A DNA stretch of 64,000 nt from Rikenellaceae bacterium (GTDB lineage Bacteria; Bacteroidota; Bacteroidia; Bacteroidales; Rikenellaceae), in assembly GCA_015059785.1 (NCBI GenBank), contig SUZS01000006.1:1947-65946 (forward strand). The letters are read 5' to 3'. Shown here piece by piece: positions 39,156 through 49,585 of the stretch (position 1 is the stretch's first letter; each line of letters starts with the position of its first letter). The notes below the pieces were generated by a model. It was not told where the DNA came from. It saw only the letters and a program-made list of their open reading frames with translations, and searched no databases. The position numbers and the translations under genes are program-made.

Positions 39156-39358
39156 AGATTATTAAATTATTTTAAGAATTATTTTGATTACATTTTTTCT
39201 TTCCCAAAAACGGCACAAATATAATAAAATTTCAGCGAAGAAGCAATATATAACTTACAATATGCAACAATTTATCAACAATTTGGTTCATTATTCGCAC
39301 AATTTTACTAATAGCCGTTAGCCAGTGGTAATTGGCTGGCTGACGCAGAACAGAGAAT

Positions 39359-39419
39359 TTAGTGAGATTAAGGAGTTTAATGAGGTTAGGGATTTCCCTA
39401 AACTCACTAACCTCCTTAA
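39359..39419. repeat. Palindromically arranged 9-bp tandem repeats
   Basis: TTAGTGAGA TTAAGGAGT TTAATGAGG TTAGGGATT followed by the inverted units TCCCTAA ACTCACTAA CCTCCTTAA. Confidence 0.8.
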
Positions 39420-39425
39420 TAGACT

Positions 39426-39553
39426 ATTTTGTCGTCAGAACGCGGTAGATACGACGCTCAGCAAAAATCCCAGCGATGGATAGTACTAAAGCGTACAGCC
39501 ATTGCTGGGATTTTTGTTAGCGGAAGTAGGTATCCGCGTTATCACGACAAAAT
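39426..39553. repeat. 128-bp imperfect palindrome (REPIN/MITE-like or structured RNA)
   Basis: Terminal IR ATTTTGTCGT/ACGACAAAAT, inner AACGCGG/CCGCGTT, core 18-bp stem CAAAAATCCCAGCGATGG/CCATTGCTGGGATTTTTG. Confidence 0.75.
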
Positions 39554-40986
39554 TACTGGTGTTGTGGGCGGAGAAGGTCTTGAACAACCTTCACTGGAGA
39601 GAATGTTGAAATTGGAACATCTACGAAGATTGTGTTCCAGTCGGCCATAGCTCCATTCCAAAGTCCTGGAAGTTCCTGAGCGCGTAGGTCGCGGCCACCA
39701 CTTGACTTGGAAGAGATAAAGCCAGTTGCAGGGTCGGTGTAGAGGCTCAAGTCGTACTTTGTACCATCGGCAGCATAGACGCCGCAAACAAGGTCTACAG
39801 GATTGAAGTGAGTAGCGTCTTTCATTAGGTGCATATCCTCTGCCGAAATCTGGCTTGACTCGGCAATTTGGAGAGTCTGTGTTCCGTCAGCATTTGCCAC
39901 CCAGAATGGGCCTCCACCAGGCTCACCTTCGTTACGAACCATTCCGCAGACGCGAATTGGACGAGAGAGCAGGCGCTCAAGCAGTGCAGCATCGTACTGT
40001 GCAGGTAGCTTCACGCAGAGCTTTTTCCCAATAAATTCTGCAACAGCAGCAAGGTCTGCATTGCCACCCTTGAGCAACTCAAGAGCCGCGAAAGTCTGCT
40101 GCTGAAGCTCAAGAAGCAGACCCGCAAGAGCCTTCTTATAGAGGACAGTATCGCCACGCAGAGCGTCGGTTGTAACATTGTCAATATTCTTCACAAAGAT
40201 AACTTTTGCGTCAATCTTATTGAGGTTTGCAAGCAGCGCACCGTGACCCGCTGGACGGAAAAGGAGCTCGCCAGAATCTGTTCTAAATGGCGTATTATCT
40301 GGATTTACGGCGATAGTATCTGTAGAGGACATCTGCTGCGAAAATGAGATGTCATACTTAACACCGAACATCTGCTCATACTTTGCAGTACGCTCGGCAA
40401 GAAGAGCGCGGAAAGCACCCTCGTGCTCAGGCGAAACGGTAAAGTGGAGGCGTACAACGCCATCTGCAGCGCCATAAAGTGCCCCCTCAACAAGGTGCTC
40501 CTCAACAGCCTTGCGAGCACCATTCTCATAGGCGTGGAAAGTCACAAGACCCTTTGGCAGTGAGCCGTAGCCAAGGCCCTGCTTGATAATTGCGCTAACG
40601 ACAGCCTTCTCATCTGTAAAGTCAGCAACAACCTCCTTAAGCTCTGGATAGAATGCAAACTTCTCGATATTCTGAAGCAGGGTATCGATACCCTTTCCGC
40701 GCTTATCCTCATTGACAAACTCAAAGAGTTCCTTGAACATACGGGTAGCGGCACCAGAAGCCGGAACAAACTTGGCAACAGTGACAGACGCATCTCTGTG
40801 CTCATAACACTCGGCATAGGCAGCAGCCTGCTCAGCAGTTAGAACAGTGATACCGTCAGAAGGAGAGGCTGCACTAACAACCTTGAGTGACGGGAAGCCG
40901 CGGCGGAAATTTTCAATCTGAAGATTTACAGCCTCGACAGTAAGTCCATGGGCTGCAATTTGCTGAAGATCTTTCTCTGTAAACAT
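39553..40986 (-). CDS. DUF4301 family protein (nucleotidyltransferase-like)
   Basis: KFVPASGAATRMFK, FRPAGHGALL.NL, KNIDNV, GEPGGGPF, HFNPVD, ELPGLWNG; minus-strand TAACTTTG at 41021-41028. Confidence 0.88.
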   Translation of the reverse strand: MFTEKDLQQIAAHGLTVEAVNLQIENFRRGFPSLKVVSAASPSDGITVLTAEQAAAYAECYEHRDASVTVAKFVPASGAATRMFKELFEFVNEDKRGKGIDTLLQNIEKFAFYPELKEVVADFTDEKAVVSAIIKQGLGYGSLPKGLVTFHAYENGARKAVEEHLVEGALYGAADGVVRLHFTVSPEHEGAFRALLAERTAKYEQMFGVKYDISFSQQMSSTDTIAVNPDNTPFRTDSGELLFRPAGHGALLANLNKIDAKVIFVKNIDNVTTDALRGDTVLYKKALAGLLLELQQQTFAALELLKGGNADLAAVAEFIGKKLCVKLPAQYDAALLERLLSRPIRVCGMVRNEGEPGGGPFWVANADGTQTLQIAESSQISAEDMHLMKDATHFNPVDLVCGVYAADGTKYDLSLYTDPATGFISSKSSGGRDLRAQELPGLWNGAMADWNTIFVDVPISTFSPVKVVQDLLRPQHQ

Positions 40987-41096
40987 ATTAACGGTTTAGG
41001 TTTTATTGGTTTTGATTAGTCAAAGTTAAACATTTTTCTCTAAACTTACACAATTCTGAACATTTATTTTTATCTTTACCGCGCAATTTAGAAGTT

Positions 41097-42110
41097 ATGA
41101 TAAGAATTTTCGAAAATATAGACCTCTCTTCACGCAATAGTTTCAAGGTTCATCAGCAGGCGGCAAAGCTTATTGAGTTTAACAGCAACAGCGACCTTCA
41201 GCAGATTTTTGCAGAGCATATCTCTGATAGATGGATGGTTATGGGCGGAGCAAACAACATACTCTTTACCCAAGATGTGGAGTTCCCAATTATTGTTCCT
41301 CGCAACGAGCAGATTGAGTTGCTCTCTGAGGGGGAGGAGGGTGTTTATATCCGTGTAGGGGCTGGTCTTGAGTGGGATGAGCTTGTAGAGTGGAGTGTAG
41401 AGCGCGGGCTGTGGGGTCTTGAAAATCTATCGCTAATACCCGGTAAGGTAGGCGCAGCGCCGGTGCAAAATATCGGAGCCTACGGAGCCGAGGCGAAGGA
41501 TACTATTGCAAGCGTTGAGATGTTCTTCCCCGAGCAGGGTGCTTTTGTCACTCTTGCCGCAGAGCATTGCGGTTTTGGATATCGCCAGAGTGTGTTTAAG
41601 AGCACTCTTAAGGGCCGTGTGATTATCACAGCAGTGATTTTCCGTCTATCTAAGATTGCCAATCCAAAGTTGGGTTATGGAGATGTAGAGCGCGAGGTGG
41701 AGGCTCGTGGCGGGGTGTCGTTACAGAATATTCGCGATGCTATATGCGCCATTCGCCGCGCCAAGCTGCCAGATACGGCCGTAACGGGCAATGCAGGCAG
41801 TTTTTTCAAGAACCCTATTGTAGAGGCTTCGGTGGCGCAAAAACTTTTGGAGTTATATCCAGATATGCCGCACTACCCTACTACTGACAGCACAAAGGTT
41901 AAGCTTGCAGCAGGTTGGCTTATAGACCAGTGTGGGCTGAAGGGCGACATCCAGGGCAATGTAGGAGTACACAGCCGTCAAGCATTAGTACTTATAAATG
42001 CCACAGGCAATGCTACGGGCAGTGAGGTTATAGCCTTTGCGGGCAAAGTTTGCCAAGCGGTAGCAGATAAGTTTGGCATAAAAATAGAGCCAGAGGTAAA
42101 TGTACTATGA
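41097..42110 (+). CDS. murB: UDP-N-acetylenolpyruvoylglucosamine reductase
   Basis: GG.NILF, IPG.VGAAPVQNIGAYG, GNAGSFFKNP, EPEV. Confidence 0.95.
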   Translation: MIRIFENIDLSSRNSFKVHQQAAKLIEFNSNSDLQQIFAEHISDRWMVMGGANNILFTQDVEFPIIVPRNEQIELLSEGEEGVYIRVGAGLEWDELVEWSVERGLWGLENLSLIPGKVGAAPVQNIGAYGAEAKDTIASVEMFFPEQGAFVTLAAEHCGFGYRQSVFKSTLKGRVIITAVIFRLSKIANPKLGYGDVEREVEARGGVSLQNIRDAICAIRRAKLPDTAVTGNAGSFFKNPIVEASVAQKLLELYPDMPHYPTTDSTKVKLAAGWLIDQCGLKGDIQGNVGVHSRQALVLINATGNATGSEVIAFAGKVCQAVADKFGIKIEPEVNVL

Positions 42111-43462
42111 GGAAAAATAGACTTTTAGAGCACTTTAAGCAGTATAACGAGCGACACGCGCTATTCAGTCATCAGGACAAGATACTTCTGACGGTCTCTG
42201 GTGGTGTGGACTCAATGGTTATGCTCTCGCTCTTTGTAGAGGGAGGGTATAATATTGGCGTGGCGCACTGCAACTTCAACCTTCGCGGTGCAGAGTCTGA
42301 TGGCGACGAGGCGACAGTAGAGGCTGCAGCAAAGGCTTATGGTGTGCCATACTACTGCAAGCAATTTGACACTACGGCGGAGATGGAGCAGAGTGGCGAG
42401 TCTATGGAGATGGTAGCGCGCAGGCTACGATATGAGTGGTTTAATGAGCTAAGCCGTGAGCACGGATATACATCTATCGCCATAGCCCACCACATAGACG
42501 ACTCTATAGAGACCTTCTTTATCAACCTCTTCCGCGGCACTGGTCTGCGTGGTCTTACGGGCATTACTCGCCAGCGCGGAAATATTATCCGCCCACTACT
42601 CTTTGCCGAGCGTCGCGAGATACTTGAGTATGCCGTTTCTCACAAGATTCCCTTCCGCGAGGATTCGTCAAACCGTTCGCAGAAGTACCTAAGGAACAAA
42701 ATTCGCATAGGTATGCTTCCGATGATACGCGAGATAAACCCTCGCTTTACATCTATTATGCGTGGCAACCTATACCACCTTACCGATGCCGAGCGATTTA
42801 TAGAGGCGGGGATATCAAAGATTAAGGAGACGGTGCTTGAGCATTGCGATAACGACATTGACCGCATACATACAACACTTATTGAGGAGCACTTTCCACA
42901 AGAGTTTGTTATTTACGAAATCCTCAACTCCCAGTATGGATTTAAGGGCGATGTGGTGGTTGAGCTATACAAAGCACTACAAAAGAGCGACTCTGGCAAG
43001 CGATTCTACTCAAAAGAGTATATCGCCTGCATAGATCGCGCAGATATAGTTATTGCGCCAATAGCGGAGGATGACGAGTGTAAAACTATCGTTTCGCGTG
43101 AGCAGCTACGCAGCTACTGTGGCAATGCGGTGCTATACTTTGAGCATACAGATATAGACAACATCTCGGACTACAATGCACCAGCAGAGGTTGCATATCT
43201 TGACGAGCAGAAGCTTGTCTACCCACTAACCCTGCGTCGTTGGAGGGAGGGTGACAGTTTTATACCTTTCGGAATGATTGGCAGAAAGAAGGTTAGCGAC
43301 TATCTTACCGACCGCAAAGTCTCTGTAATAGAGAAGAGTCGCCAGTTTGTACTCCTCTCAGGCGAGGATATTGTCTGGGTAGTCGGTCGCCGCATAGATG
43401 ACAGATATCGCATTACAAAGCAGACAGAGAACATTTTGAAAATTACTAAACAGACCCTCTAA
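42107..43462 (+). CDS. tilS: tRNA(Ile)-lysidine synthetase
   Basis: SGGVDS PP-loop, ARRLRY, AHH.DD..ET, RPLL, D.SN, RN.IR. Confidence 0.95.
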   Translation: MRKNRLLEHFKQYNERHALFSHQDKILLTVSGGVDSMVMLSLFVEGGYNIGVAHCNFNLRGAESDGDEATVEAAAKAYGVPYYCKQFDTTAEMEQSGESMEMVARRLRYEWFNELSREHGYTSIAIAHHIDDSIETFFINLFRGTGLRGLTGITRQRGNIIRPLLFAERREILEYAVSHKIPFREDSSNRSQKYLRNKIRIGMLPMIREINPRFTSIMRGNLYHLTDAERFIEAGISKIKETVLEHCDNDIDRIHTTLIEEHFPQEFVIYEILNSQYGFKGDVVVELYKALQKSDSGKRFYSKEYIACIDRADIVIAPIAEDDECKTIVSREQLRSYCGNAVLYFEHTDIDNISDYNAPAEVAYLDEQKLVYPLTLRRWREGDSFIPFGMIGRKKVSDYLTDRKVSVIEKSRQFVLLSGEDIVWVVGRRIDDRYRITKQTENILKITKQTL

Positions 43463-44529
43463 TGGCTAAAGGTACACGAAAATTCAAGGATTGCGATGCA
43501 GATTTTCGCAACATTTGCGCCGATATAGAGAGTCGCAAGTATGCCCCTATATACCTACTGATGGGTGAGGAGCCGTACTTTATAGATATTATATCGGAGA
43601 AGATTGCCACTACAGTGCTCAACGAGGCTGAGAGGGCGTTTAACCAAGTTGTGGTATATGGAAGAGATACTGACGGAGCGGCTATAGCCAGTCAGTGCCG
43701 TCAGATACCGATGATTGGCGGATATACTGTAGTTATTGTCAAGGAGGCGCAGGCTATGCCACAATTAGAGCAATTAGCAGCCTACACTGCCAATCCTGTA
43801 CAATCGACCATTCTTGTTATCTGCCACAAGGAGAAGAGTGCAGACAAGCGACAGTCGCTATACAAGAGTTGTCTTGCTAATGGCGTGGTCTTTGAGTCTT
43901 TACGACCACGAGATTACGAGATTAAGGATTGGCTTGGAGGCTTTGTGGCTCAGCATGGACTGCAGATGGCTCCTAACTGCGCACAAACGCTTGTCGATCA
44001 CCTCGGAACTGACATCTCTCGCATAGGCAACGAGCTAAACAAGCTCATTGTCTCTATACCTGAGGGGTGCAGCCGCATAACGGCAACTGAGATTGAGACC
44101 TATATCGGCATTTCCAAAGATTTTAACATCTACGAACTATGTCGTGCTGTGGCCGTCAAGGATGTAAAGCGTGCGATGAACATTGCCGACCATCTGGCTC
44201 AGAACCCAAAGCAGACCCCGCTACTGCTGATAATAATGGCACTATTTAGCACTTTCCGCGAGATATTTATTGTCGAGTATCTACGCTGGTTAGAGCGAGT
44301 AAAGAGAGTACCATTTCCTACAGACCAAGAGTTACTCGGACACCTCAAGGGTAGCAATTTATACGCACTGCGCGACATTAAGAGCTACTCAAGCCTGTGG
44401 CCTCGTCCAAAGTTGTTCTACATACTGGGGCTACTACGCGAGTACGACGGCAAGAGTAAAGGCATAAACTCCGGCGGCAAGAGCGACGGGGAGCTACTAA
44501 CTGAATTATTACTTAAAATATTTATATAA
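43462..44529 (+). CDS. holA: DNA polymerase III subunit delta
   Basis: PIYLLMGEEPYFID, FNQ.V.YG, VIVKEAQ, IGISKDFN. Confidence 0.9.
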   Translation: MAKGTRKFKDCDADFRNICADIESRKYAPIYLLMGEEPYFIDIISEKIATTVLNEAERAFNQVVVYGRDTDGAAIASQCRQIPMIGGYTVVIVKEAQAMPQLEQLAAYTANPVQSTILVICHKEKSADKRQSLYKSCLANGVVFESLRPRDYEIKDWLGGFVAQHGLQMAPNCAQTLVDHLGTDISRIGNELNKLIVSIPEGCSRITATEIETYIGISKDFNIYELCRAVAVKDVKRAMNIADHLAQNPKQTPLLLIIMALFSTFREIFIVEYLRWLERVKRVPFPTDQELLGHLKGSNLYALRDIKSYSSLWPRPKLFYILGLLREYDGKSKGINSGGKSDGELLTELLLKIFI

Positions 44530-44532
44530 CCT

Positions 44533-45297
44533 ATGGAGCACTTCCTTATCAAGAACGGTTCTATCAGTAAGTACAATACTGATGAGCAAGGGGTCTATCC
44601 TCTTCAGCGTATGCGCACAAAGAACAATAAAGTTGTCACCCTTGAGCGTCACTTTGAGTTGCTAAGCAACACATACGAGATTCTCTTTGGAGAGCAATGC
44701 CCTCTTACTCTGAGTGAAGTTGAAAAGAGCTGCGACACCCTACTTGAGAAGGGTGGATACTCAAGCTCTGCGTGCCATATTTTAGAGATGAAGTATGACC
44801 AGCAGAAGAATCTTACGGTAAGAGTTATTGAGACCTCTCCATACAAAGAGTTTGCACTCAGAGCAGTACGACCAGATGCACATCTGTTCAGCATCAACTG
44901 CTTTGAGACTACAATACAGACCACAGCTTCTATTGCTATGACAGAGCTACTGCGACTTATAGCACACCACTACAACTGCGATATTGCTGCCTGCATAAAC
45001 AATAGCGGAGAGCTCTGGAGCATAGATGGCGCAGCTCCGTTTGTTGTCAAGGGCAAGAAAATCTCTGCCTGTGCCACTATTGATACCGTTGAGACCGAAA
45101 TGGCGGCAGCAGCACTGGCAAACCTTCTTCAGTATGAGATTAAGATTGAAGAGGTAACTATAGATCAGGCAATGGAGGCTGATGAGATTTTCTATGTTGA
45201 TAGTCGCGGTATTACCTCTGTACGCTCAATAGCTGGACATATGCTGAGCGACAATGTTGCAAATGCTCTATTCCGCAATATAAACTTTGTCATATAA
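44533..45297 (+). CDS. Divergent class IV aminotransferase/ADC-lyase-like protein
   Basis: LERH..LL N-terminal motif and C-terminal [13 protein letters not shown]; the catalytic motifs look degenerate. Confidence 0.55.
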   Translation: MEHFLIKNGSISKYNTDEQGVYPLQRMRTKNNKVVTLERHFELLSNTYEILFGEQCPLTLSEVEKSCDTLLEKGGYSSSACHILEMKYDQQKNLTVRVIETSPYKEFALRAVRPDAHLFSINCFETTIQTTASIAMTELLRLIAHHYNCDIAACINNSGELWSIDGAAPFVVKGKKISACATIDTVETEMAAAALANLLQYEIKIEEVTIDQAMEADEIFYVDSRGITSVRSIAGHMLSDNVANALFRNINFVI

Positions 45298-46472
45298 TGG
45301 CAAAAGTTGTTGTAGGACTATCTGGGGGTGTGGACTCCTCTGTAGCCGCGTGGTTGCTCAAAGAGCAGGGGCACGAGGTTATCGGACTTTTTATGCGTAA
45401 CTGGCACGACACGACGGGCACCCTTGAGGGAGACTGCCCTTGGTATGACGACCAGCTCTTTGCCGAGCTTGTTGCAAAGCGCCTTGACATACCTTTCCAC
45501 TATGTAGACCTGTCGGAGCAGTACCGCGAGCGCGTTGTAGAGTATATGTTTTCCGAGTATGAGAGGGGCAGAACGCCAAATCCCGATGTGCTGTGTAACC
45601 GCGAAATAAAGTTTGATGTATTCCTTAAGGAGGCACTCAAGCTCGGTGCTGAGTATGTTGCTACGGGCCACTACTGCCGAAAGAGCGAGCAGAGGGTTGA
45701 TGGTAAAACTGTATACTCACTACTCGCAGGAGCGGACAACAACAAAGACCAAAGCTACTTTCTCTGCCAGCTTACGCAACAGCAGTTGAAGTACGCCCTC
45801 TTCCCTATCGGACACCTTACAAAGCCCGAGGTGCGCGAGATTGCACTACAACAGAGGCTCGCAACAGCAAAGCGCAAAGACTCGCAGGGTATATGCTTTG
45901 TGGGCAAGGTAGACCTACCAGTATTCCTTCAGCAGAAGCTCGTTGCCCGCAAGGGAAATATTCACGAGATACTACCTACTTGGCCAAAGTATGCCCGCTA
46001 TGCCGAAGATACAACTCTTGAGGGTATGGCGCGCCCATATAGTTACACAGTGCGTGACGGCAAGAAGATTGGCGAACACACGGGAGCGCACTTCTACACC
46101 ATTGGTCAGCGCAAGGGCCTTGGCATTGGAGGTCGCAAGCAGTCGCTCTTTATCATCGGCACAGATGTTGTGACAAATACTATCTATGTTGGCGAGGGAG
46201 ATGACCACCCAGGACTATATCGCCGTGCGCTCAAAGTTCTACCCGCAGAGATGCACTGGATAGATAATGCTGAGAGCTTGGAGGTAGGTCAGAGCCGTAG
46301 CTATCAAGTACGCATCCGCTACCGTCAGCCACTGCAAGAGGCTACGATGTATATGACAGAGGAGGGTGCATACATAGTTTTTGACACTCCACAGCGTGGC
46401 ATTACTGCGGGCCAGTTTGTGGCGTGGTACGATGGCGACAGAGTGGTCGGCTCGGGGGTAATATCTGCCTGA
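45297..46472 (+). CDS. mnmA: tRNA 2-thiouridine(34) synthase
   Basis: [43 protein letters not shown]. Confidence 0.96.
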   Translation: MAKVVVGLSGGVDSSVAAWLLKEQGHEVIGLFMRNWHDTTGTLEGDCPWYDDQLFAELVAKRLDIPFHYVDLSEQYRERVVEYMFSEYERGRTPNPDVLCNREIKFDVFLKEALKLGAEYVATGHYCRKSEQRVDGKTVYSLLAGADNNKDQSYFLCQLTQQQLKYALFPIGHLTKPEVREIALQQRLATAKRKDSQGICFVGKVDLPVFLQQKLVARKGNIHEILPTWPKYARYAEDTTLEGMARPYSYTVRDGKKIGEHTGAHFYTIGQRKGLGIGGRKQSLFIIGTDVVTNTIYVGEGDDHPGLYRRALKVLPAEMHWIDNAESLEVGQSRSYQVRIRYRQPLQEATMYMTEEGAYIVFDTPQRGITAGQFVAWYDGDRVVGSGVISA

Positions 46473-46638
46473 TACATAGTGATTTTGACAAAATTTAGAA
46501 GCTGTTGAAAAAAAATCAATGGTTTTTACCCATTTTGTGTCGTTGTTTACAAAAAAATTACTATATTTGCTCTTTGGAAAAGATAGAAAAGAAAAAACAA
46601 TCAAATTAATATTTAATTAACACAAAAATTAAAGATTT

Positions 46639-49365
46639 ATGGCAAATGTTAAACGCGTCTATACCTTCGGTAACAAAGAGGCTGAGGGTAATGGCAAAAT
46701 GAGAGAGTTGCTCGGTGGTAAGGGTGCTAACCTCGCCGAGATGAACCTTATCGGTATTCCAGTGCCTCCAGGCTTTACTATCACAACTGAGGTTTGTGCA
46801 GAGTACTACAAGCACGGCCAGCAGGCAATTATTGATATTCTTCGCCCAGATGTTGAGGCTGCTATCGCTCAGGTAGAGGCTCTTACTGGTCGCAAGTTCG
46901 GCGATGCAAAGCTTCCGCTCCTTGTATCAGTTCGTTCAGGTGCTCGCGCATCTATGCCAGGTATGATGGATACTATCCTCAACCTCGGTATGAATGATGA
47001 GGCTGTTGAGGCTGTAGCACAGCTCTCTGGCAACCCTCGTTTCGCGTGGGACTCTTACCGTCGTTTCGTACAGATGTACGGCGATGTTGTGCTGGGTATG
47101 AAGCCAGTATCAAAGGAGGACCAGGATCCATTCGAGGTAATCATTGAGGAGATGAAAGAGGCTCGCGGTGTTAATCTTGACACTGAGCTCTCTACTGACG
47201 ACCTTAAGGAGCTTGTTGTTAAGTTCAAGGCTGCTGTTAAGGCTCAGACTGGCTCGGACTTCCCAGTAAATCCTTGGGATCAGCTTTGGGGTGCTATCTG
47301 CGCAGTATTCGGCTCTTGGATGAACGACCGCGCAATCCTCTACCGTAAGCTCAACAACATCCCTGCTGAGTGGGGTACTGCAGTAAATGTACAGGCAATG
47401 GTATTCGGTAACATGGGTGACAACTCAGCTACCGGTGTAGCATTCTCTCGTGACGCTGCAACTGGTGAGAATATCTTCAACGGTGAGTACCTTATCAATG
47501 CACAGGGTGAGGATGTGGTAGCAGGTATCCGCACACCACAGCAGATTACAATCGAGGGTTCAAAGCGTTGGGCTAAGGCTCAGAACATCTCTGAGGAGGA
47601 GCGTGCTACAAAGTACCCTTCACTTGAGGAGGTTATGCCAGAGGTATACAAGGAGCTCAATGAGATTCAGCACCACCTTGAGGAGTATTTCACCGATATG
47701 CAGGATATCGAGTTTACTATTCAGGATGGTAAGCTCTGGATGCTCCAGTGCCGTAACGGTAAGCGCACAGGTGCAGCGATGGTTAAGATTGCTATGGATA
47801 TGCTTCGTGAGGGTCTTATTGACGAGAAGACCGCTGTTCTTCGTTGTGAGCCAGAGAAGCTCGACGAGCTACTCCACCCTGTATTCGACAAGCAGGCAAT
47901 CAAGAGTGCAAAGGTTGTTGTTAAGGGTCTTCCAGCATCTCCAGGTGCAGCTACTGGTCCAGTAGTATTCTTCGCAGACGACGCTGAGAAGGTATATGCA
48001 CAGACAGGCCAGAAGGCTATCCTCGTTCGTATTGAGACCTCTCCAGAGGACCTTAAGGGTATGCTTGACGCAGCTGGTATCCTTACTGCTCGTGGTGGTA
48101 TGACATCACACGCAGCCGTTGTTGCTCGTGGTATGGGTAAGTGCTGTGTATCTGGTGCCGGCGAGCTTGAGATTGACTACAAGGCTCGTACAATCAAGAT
48201 TGGCGACCTTACTATTAAGGAGGGCGACTGGATTTCACTCAACGGTTCAACTGGTGAGGTTTACCTCGGCCAGGTAGCAACTAAGGAGGCAACTCTTGAT
48301 GGCGACTTCGGTAAGCTTATGGAGCTTGCATCTAAGTACTCTAAGCTTAAGGTTCGTGCTAACGCTGATACTCCACGCGATGCCGAGCAGGCATTTGCTT
48401 TCGGTGCAGAGGGTATCGGTCTTTGCCGTACAGAGCATATGTTCTTCGAGGGCGAGCGTATCAAGGCTATTCGTGAGATGATTCTCTCTGACGATGAGGC
48501 TGGTCGTCGCGTAGCTCTTGCAAAGCTTCTTCCTATGCAGCGTGGCGACTTTGAGGGTCTGTTCCGCGTTATGAAGGGCTATCCAGTGATTGTTCGTCTC
48601 CTTGACCCACCATTGCACGAGTTTGCTCCTAACACTGAGAAGGATCAGCGCGAGATGGCAGAGGTTATGGGCATTCCATACGAGAAGGTTGCAGCTAAGG
48701 TTGAGGCTCTTCACGAGGTTAACCCTATGCTCGGTCACCGTGGTTGCCGTCTTGGTAACACATACCCAGAGATTACCGAGATGCAGGCACGCGCAATTAT
48801 TGAGGCTGCAATGAATGTTAAGGCTTCAGGTGTTGATGTTAAGGTTGAGATTATGGTTCCACTGGTAGGTAACCACAAGGAGCTCCGCGCACAGAAGGCT
48901 GTTATCGACCGCGTAGCTAACGAGGTATTTGCTGAGCGCAACGATAAGATTGACTACCTCGTAGGTACTATGATTGAGGTTCCACGCGCTGCAGTTACTG
49001 CAAATCAGATTGCAGAGGTTGCTGAGTTCTTCTCATTCGGTACTAACGACCTTACACAGATGACCCTCGGTTTCTCTCGTGACGATATCGCTAAGTTCTT
49101 GCCTATCTACCTTGAGAAGAACCTCATTAAGGCAGACCCATTCAAGGTTCTTGACCGCAACGGTGTTGGTCAGCTCGTTCGTGAGGCTGTTATGAAGGGC
49201 CGCTCTACTCGCCTTGAGCTTAAGTGCGGTATCTGCGGTGAGCACGGTGGTGAGCCATCATCAGTAGAGTTCTGCCACTTCGCAGGCCTTGACTATGTAA
49301 GCTGCTCTCCATTCCGCGTGCCTATCGCTCGCCTTGCAGCAGCTCACGCAGCTCTTAAGGAGTAA
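46639..49365 (+). CDS. ppdK: Pyruvate, phosphate dikinase
   Basis: LLGGKGANL, VRSGARASMPGMMDT, GGMTSHAAVVAR, GLCRTEHMF, FSFGTNDLTQ; TATATTTG promoter at 46562-46569. Confidence 0.97.
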   Translation: MANVKRVYTFGNKEAEGNGKMRELLGGKGANLAEMNLIGIPVPPGFTITTEVCAEYYKHGQQAIIDILRPDVEAAIAQVEALTGRKFGDAKLPLLVSVRSGARASMPGMMDTILNLGMNDEAVEAVAQLSGNPRFAWDSYRRFVQMYGDVVLGMKPVSKEDQDPFEVIIEEMKEARGVNLDTELSTDDLKELVVKFKAAVKAQTGSDFPVNPWDQLWGAICAVFGSWMNDRAILYRKLNNIPAEWGTAVNVQAMVFGNMGDNSATGVAFSRDAATGENIFNGEYLINAQGEDVVAGIRTPQQITIEGSKRWAKAQNISEEERATKYPSLEEVMPEVYKELNEIQHHLEEYFTDMQDIEFTIQDGKLWMLQCRNGKRTGAAMVKIAMDMLREGLIDEKTAVLRCEPEKLDELLHPVFDKQAIKSAKVVVKGLPASPGAATGPVVFFADDAEKVYAQTGQKAILVRIETSPEDLKGMLDAAGILTARGGMTSHAAVVARGMGKCCVSGAGELEIDYKARTIKIGDLTIKEGDWISLNGSTGEVYLGQVATKEATLDGDFGKLMELASKYSKLKVRANADTPRDAEQAFAFGAEGIGLCRTEHMFFEGERIKAIREMILSDDEAGRRVALAKLLPMQRGDFEGLFRVMKGYPVIVRLLDPPLHEFAPNTEKDQREMAEVMGIPYEKVAAKVEALHEVNPMLGHRGCRLGNTYPEITEMQARAIIEAAMNVKASGVDVKVEIMVPLVGNHKELRAQKAVIDRVANEVFAERNDKIDYLVGTMIEVPRAAVTANQIAEVAEFFSFGTNDLTQMTLGFSRDDIAKFLPIYLEKNLIKADPFKVLDRNGVGQLVREAVMKGRSTRLELKCGICGEHGGEPSSVEFCHFAGLDYVSCSPFRVPIARLAAAHAALKE

Positions 49366-49387
49366 GGTCTATACCTTATATATAATT

Positions 49388-49419
49388 AGAGGGGCACTCA
49401 ACCGAGTGTCCCTCTTTTT
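49388..49419 (+). terminator. Intrinsic terminator after ppdK
   Basis: AGAGGGGCACTC/GAGTGTCCCTCT stem plus T run. Confidence 0.8.
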
Positions 49420-49585
49420 CGCTACACAGCTGGCACAAACATTGTGATGAATATTTTCACCTTTCTATTGAAAAATAATGAATAGATTTTGCAATTCAGA
49501 AAAGTTTTCTTATCTTTGGAGATAGAAAATAGAGAGAAAAATTTATCTGTTAAATTTTTGTTATATACATTTAAACAATTAAGCT

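Noticed and set aside
39359-39553. Possible CRISPR array in the repeat-rich spacer
   Set aside because: The units are 9 bp and contiguous, with no unique spacers and no cas genes.
39429-39650. 73-aa ORF across the long palindrome
   Set aside because: Non-ATG start, overlaps DUF4301 antisense, and the sequence is explained by the inverted repeat.
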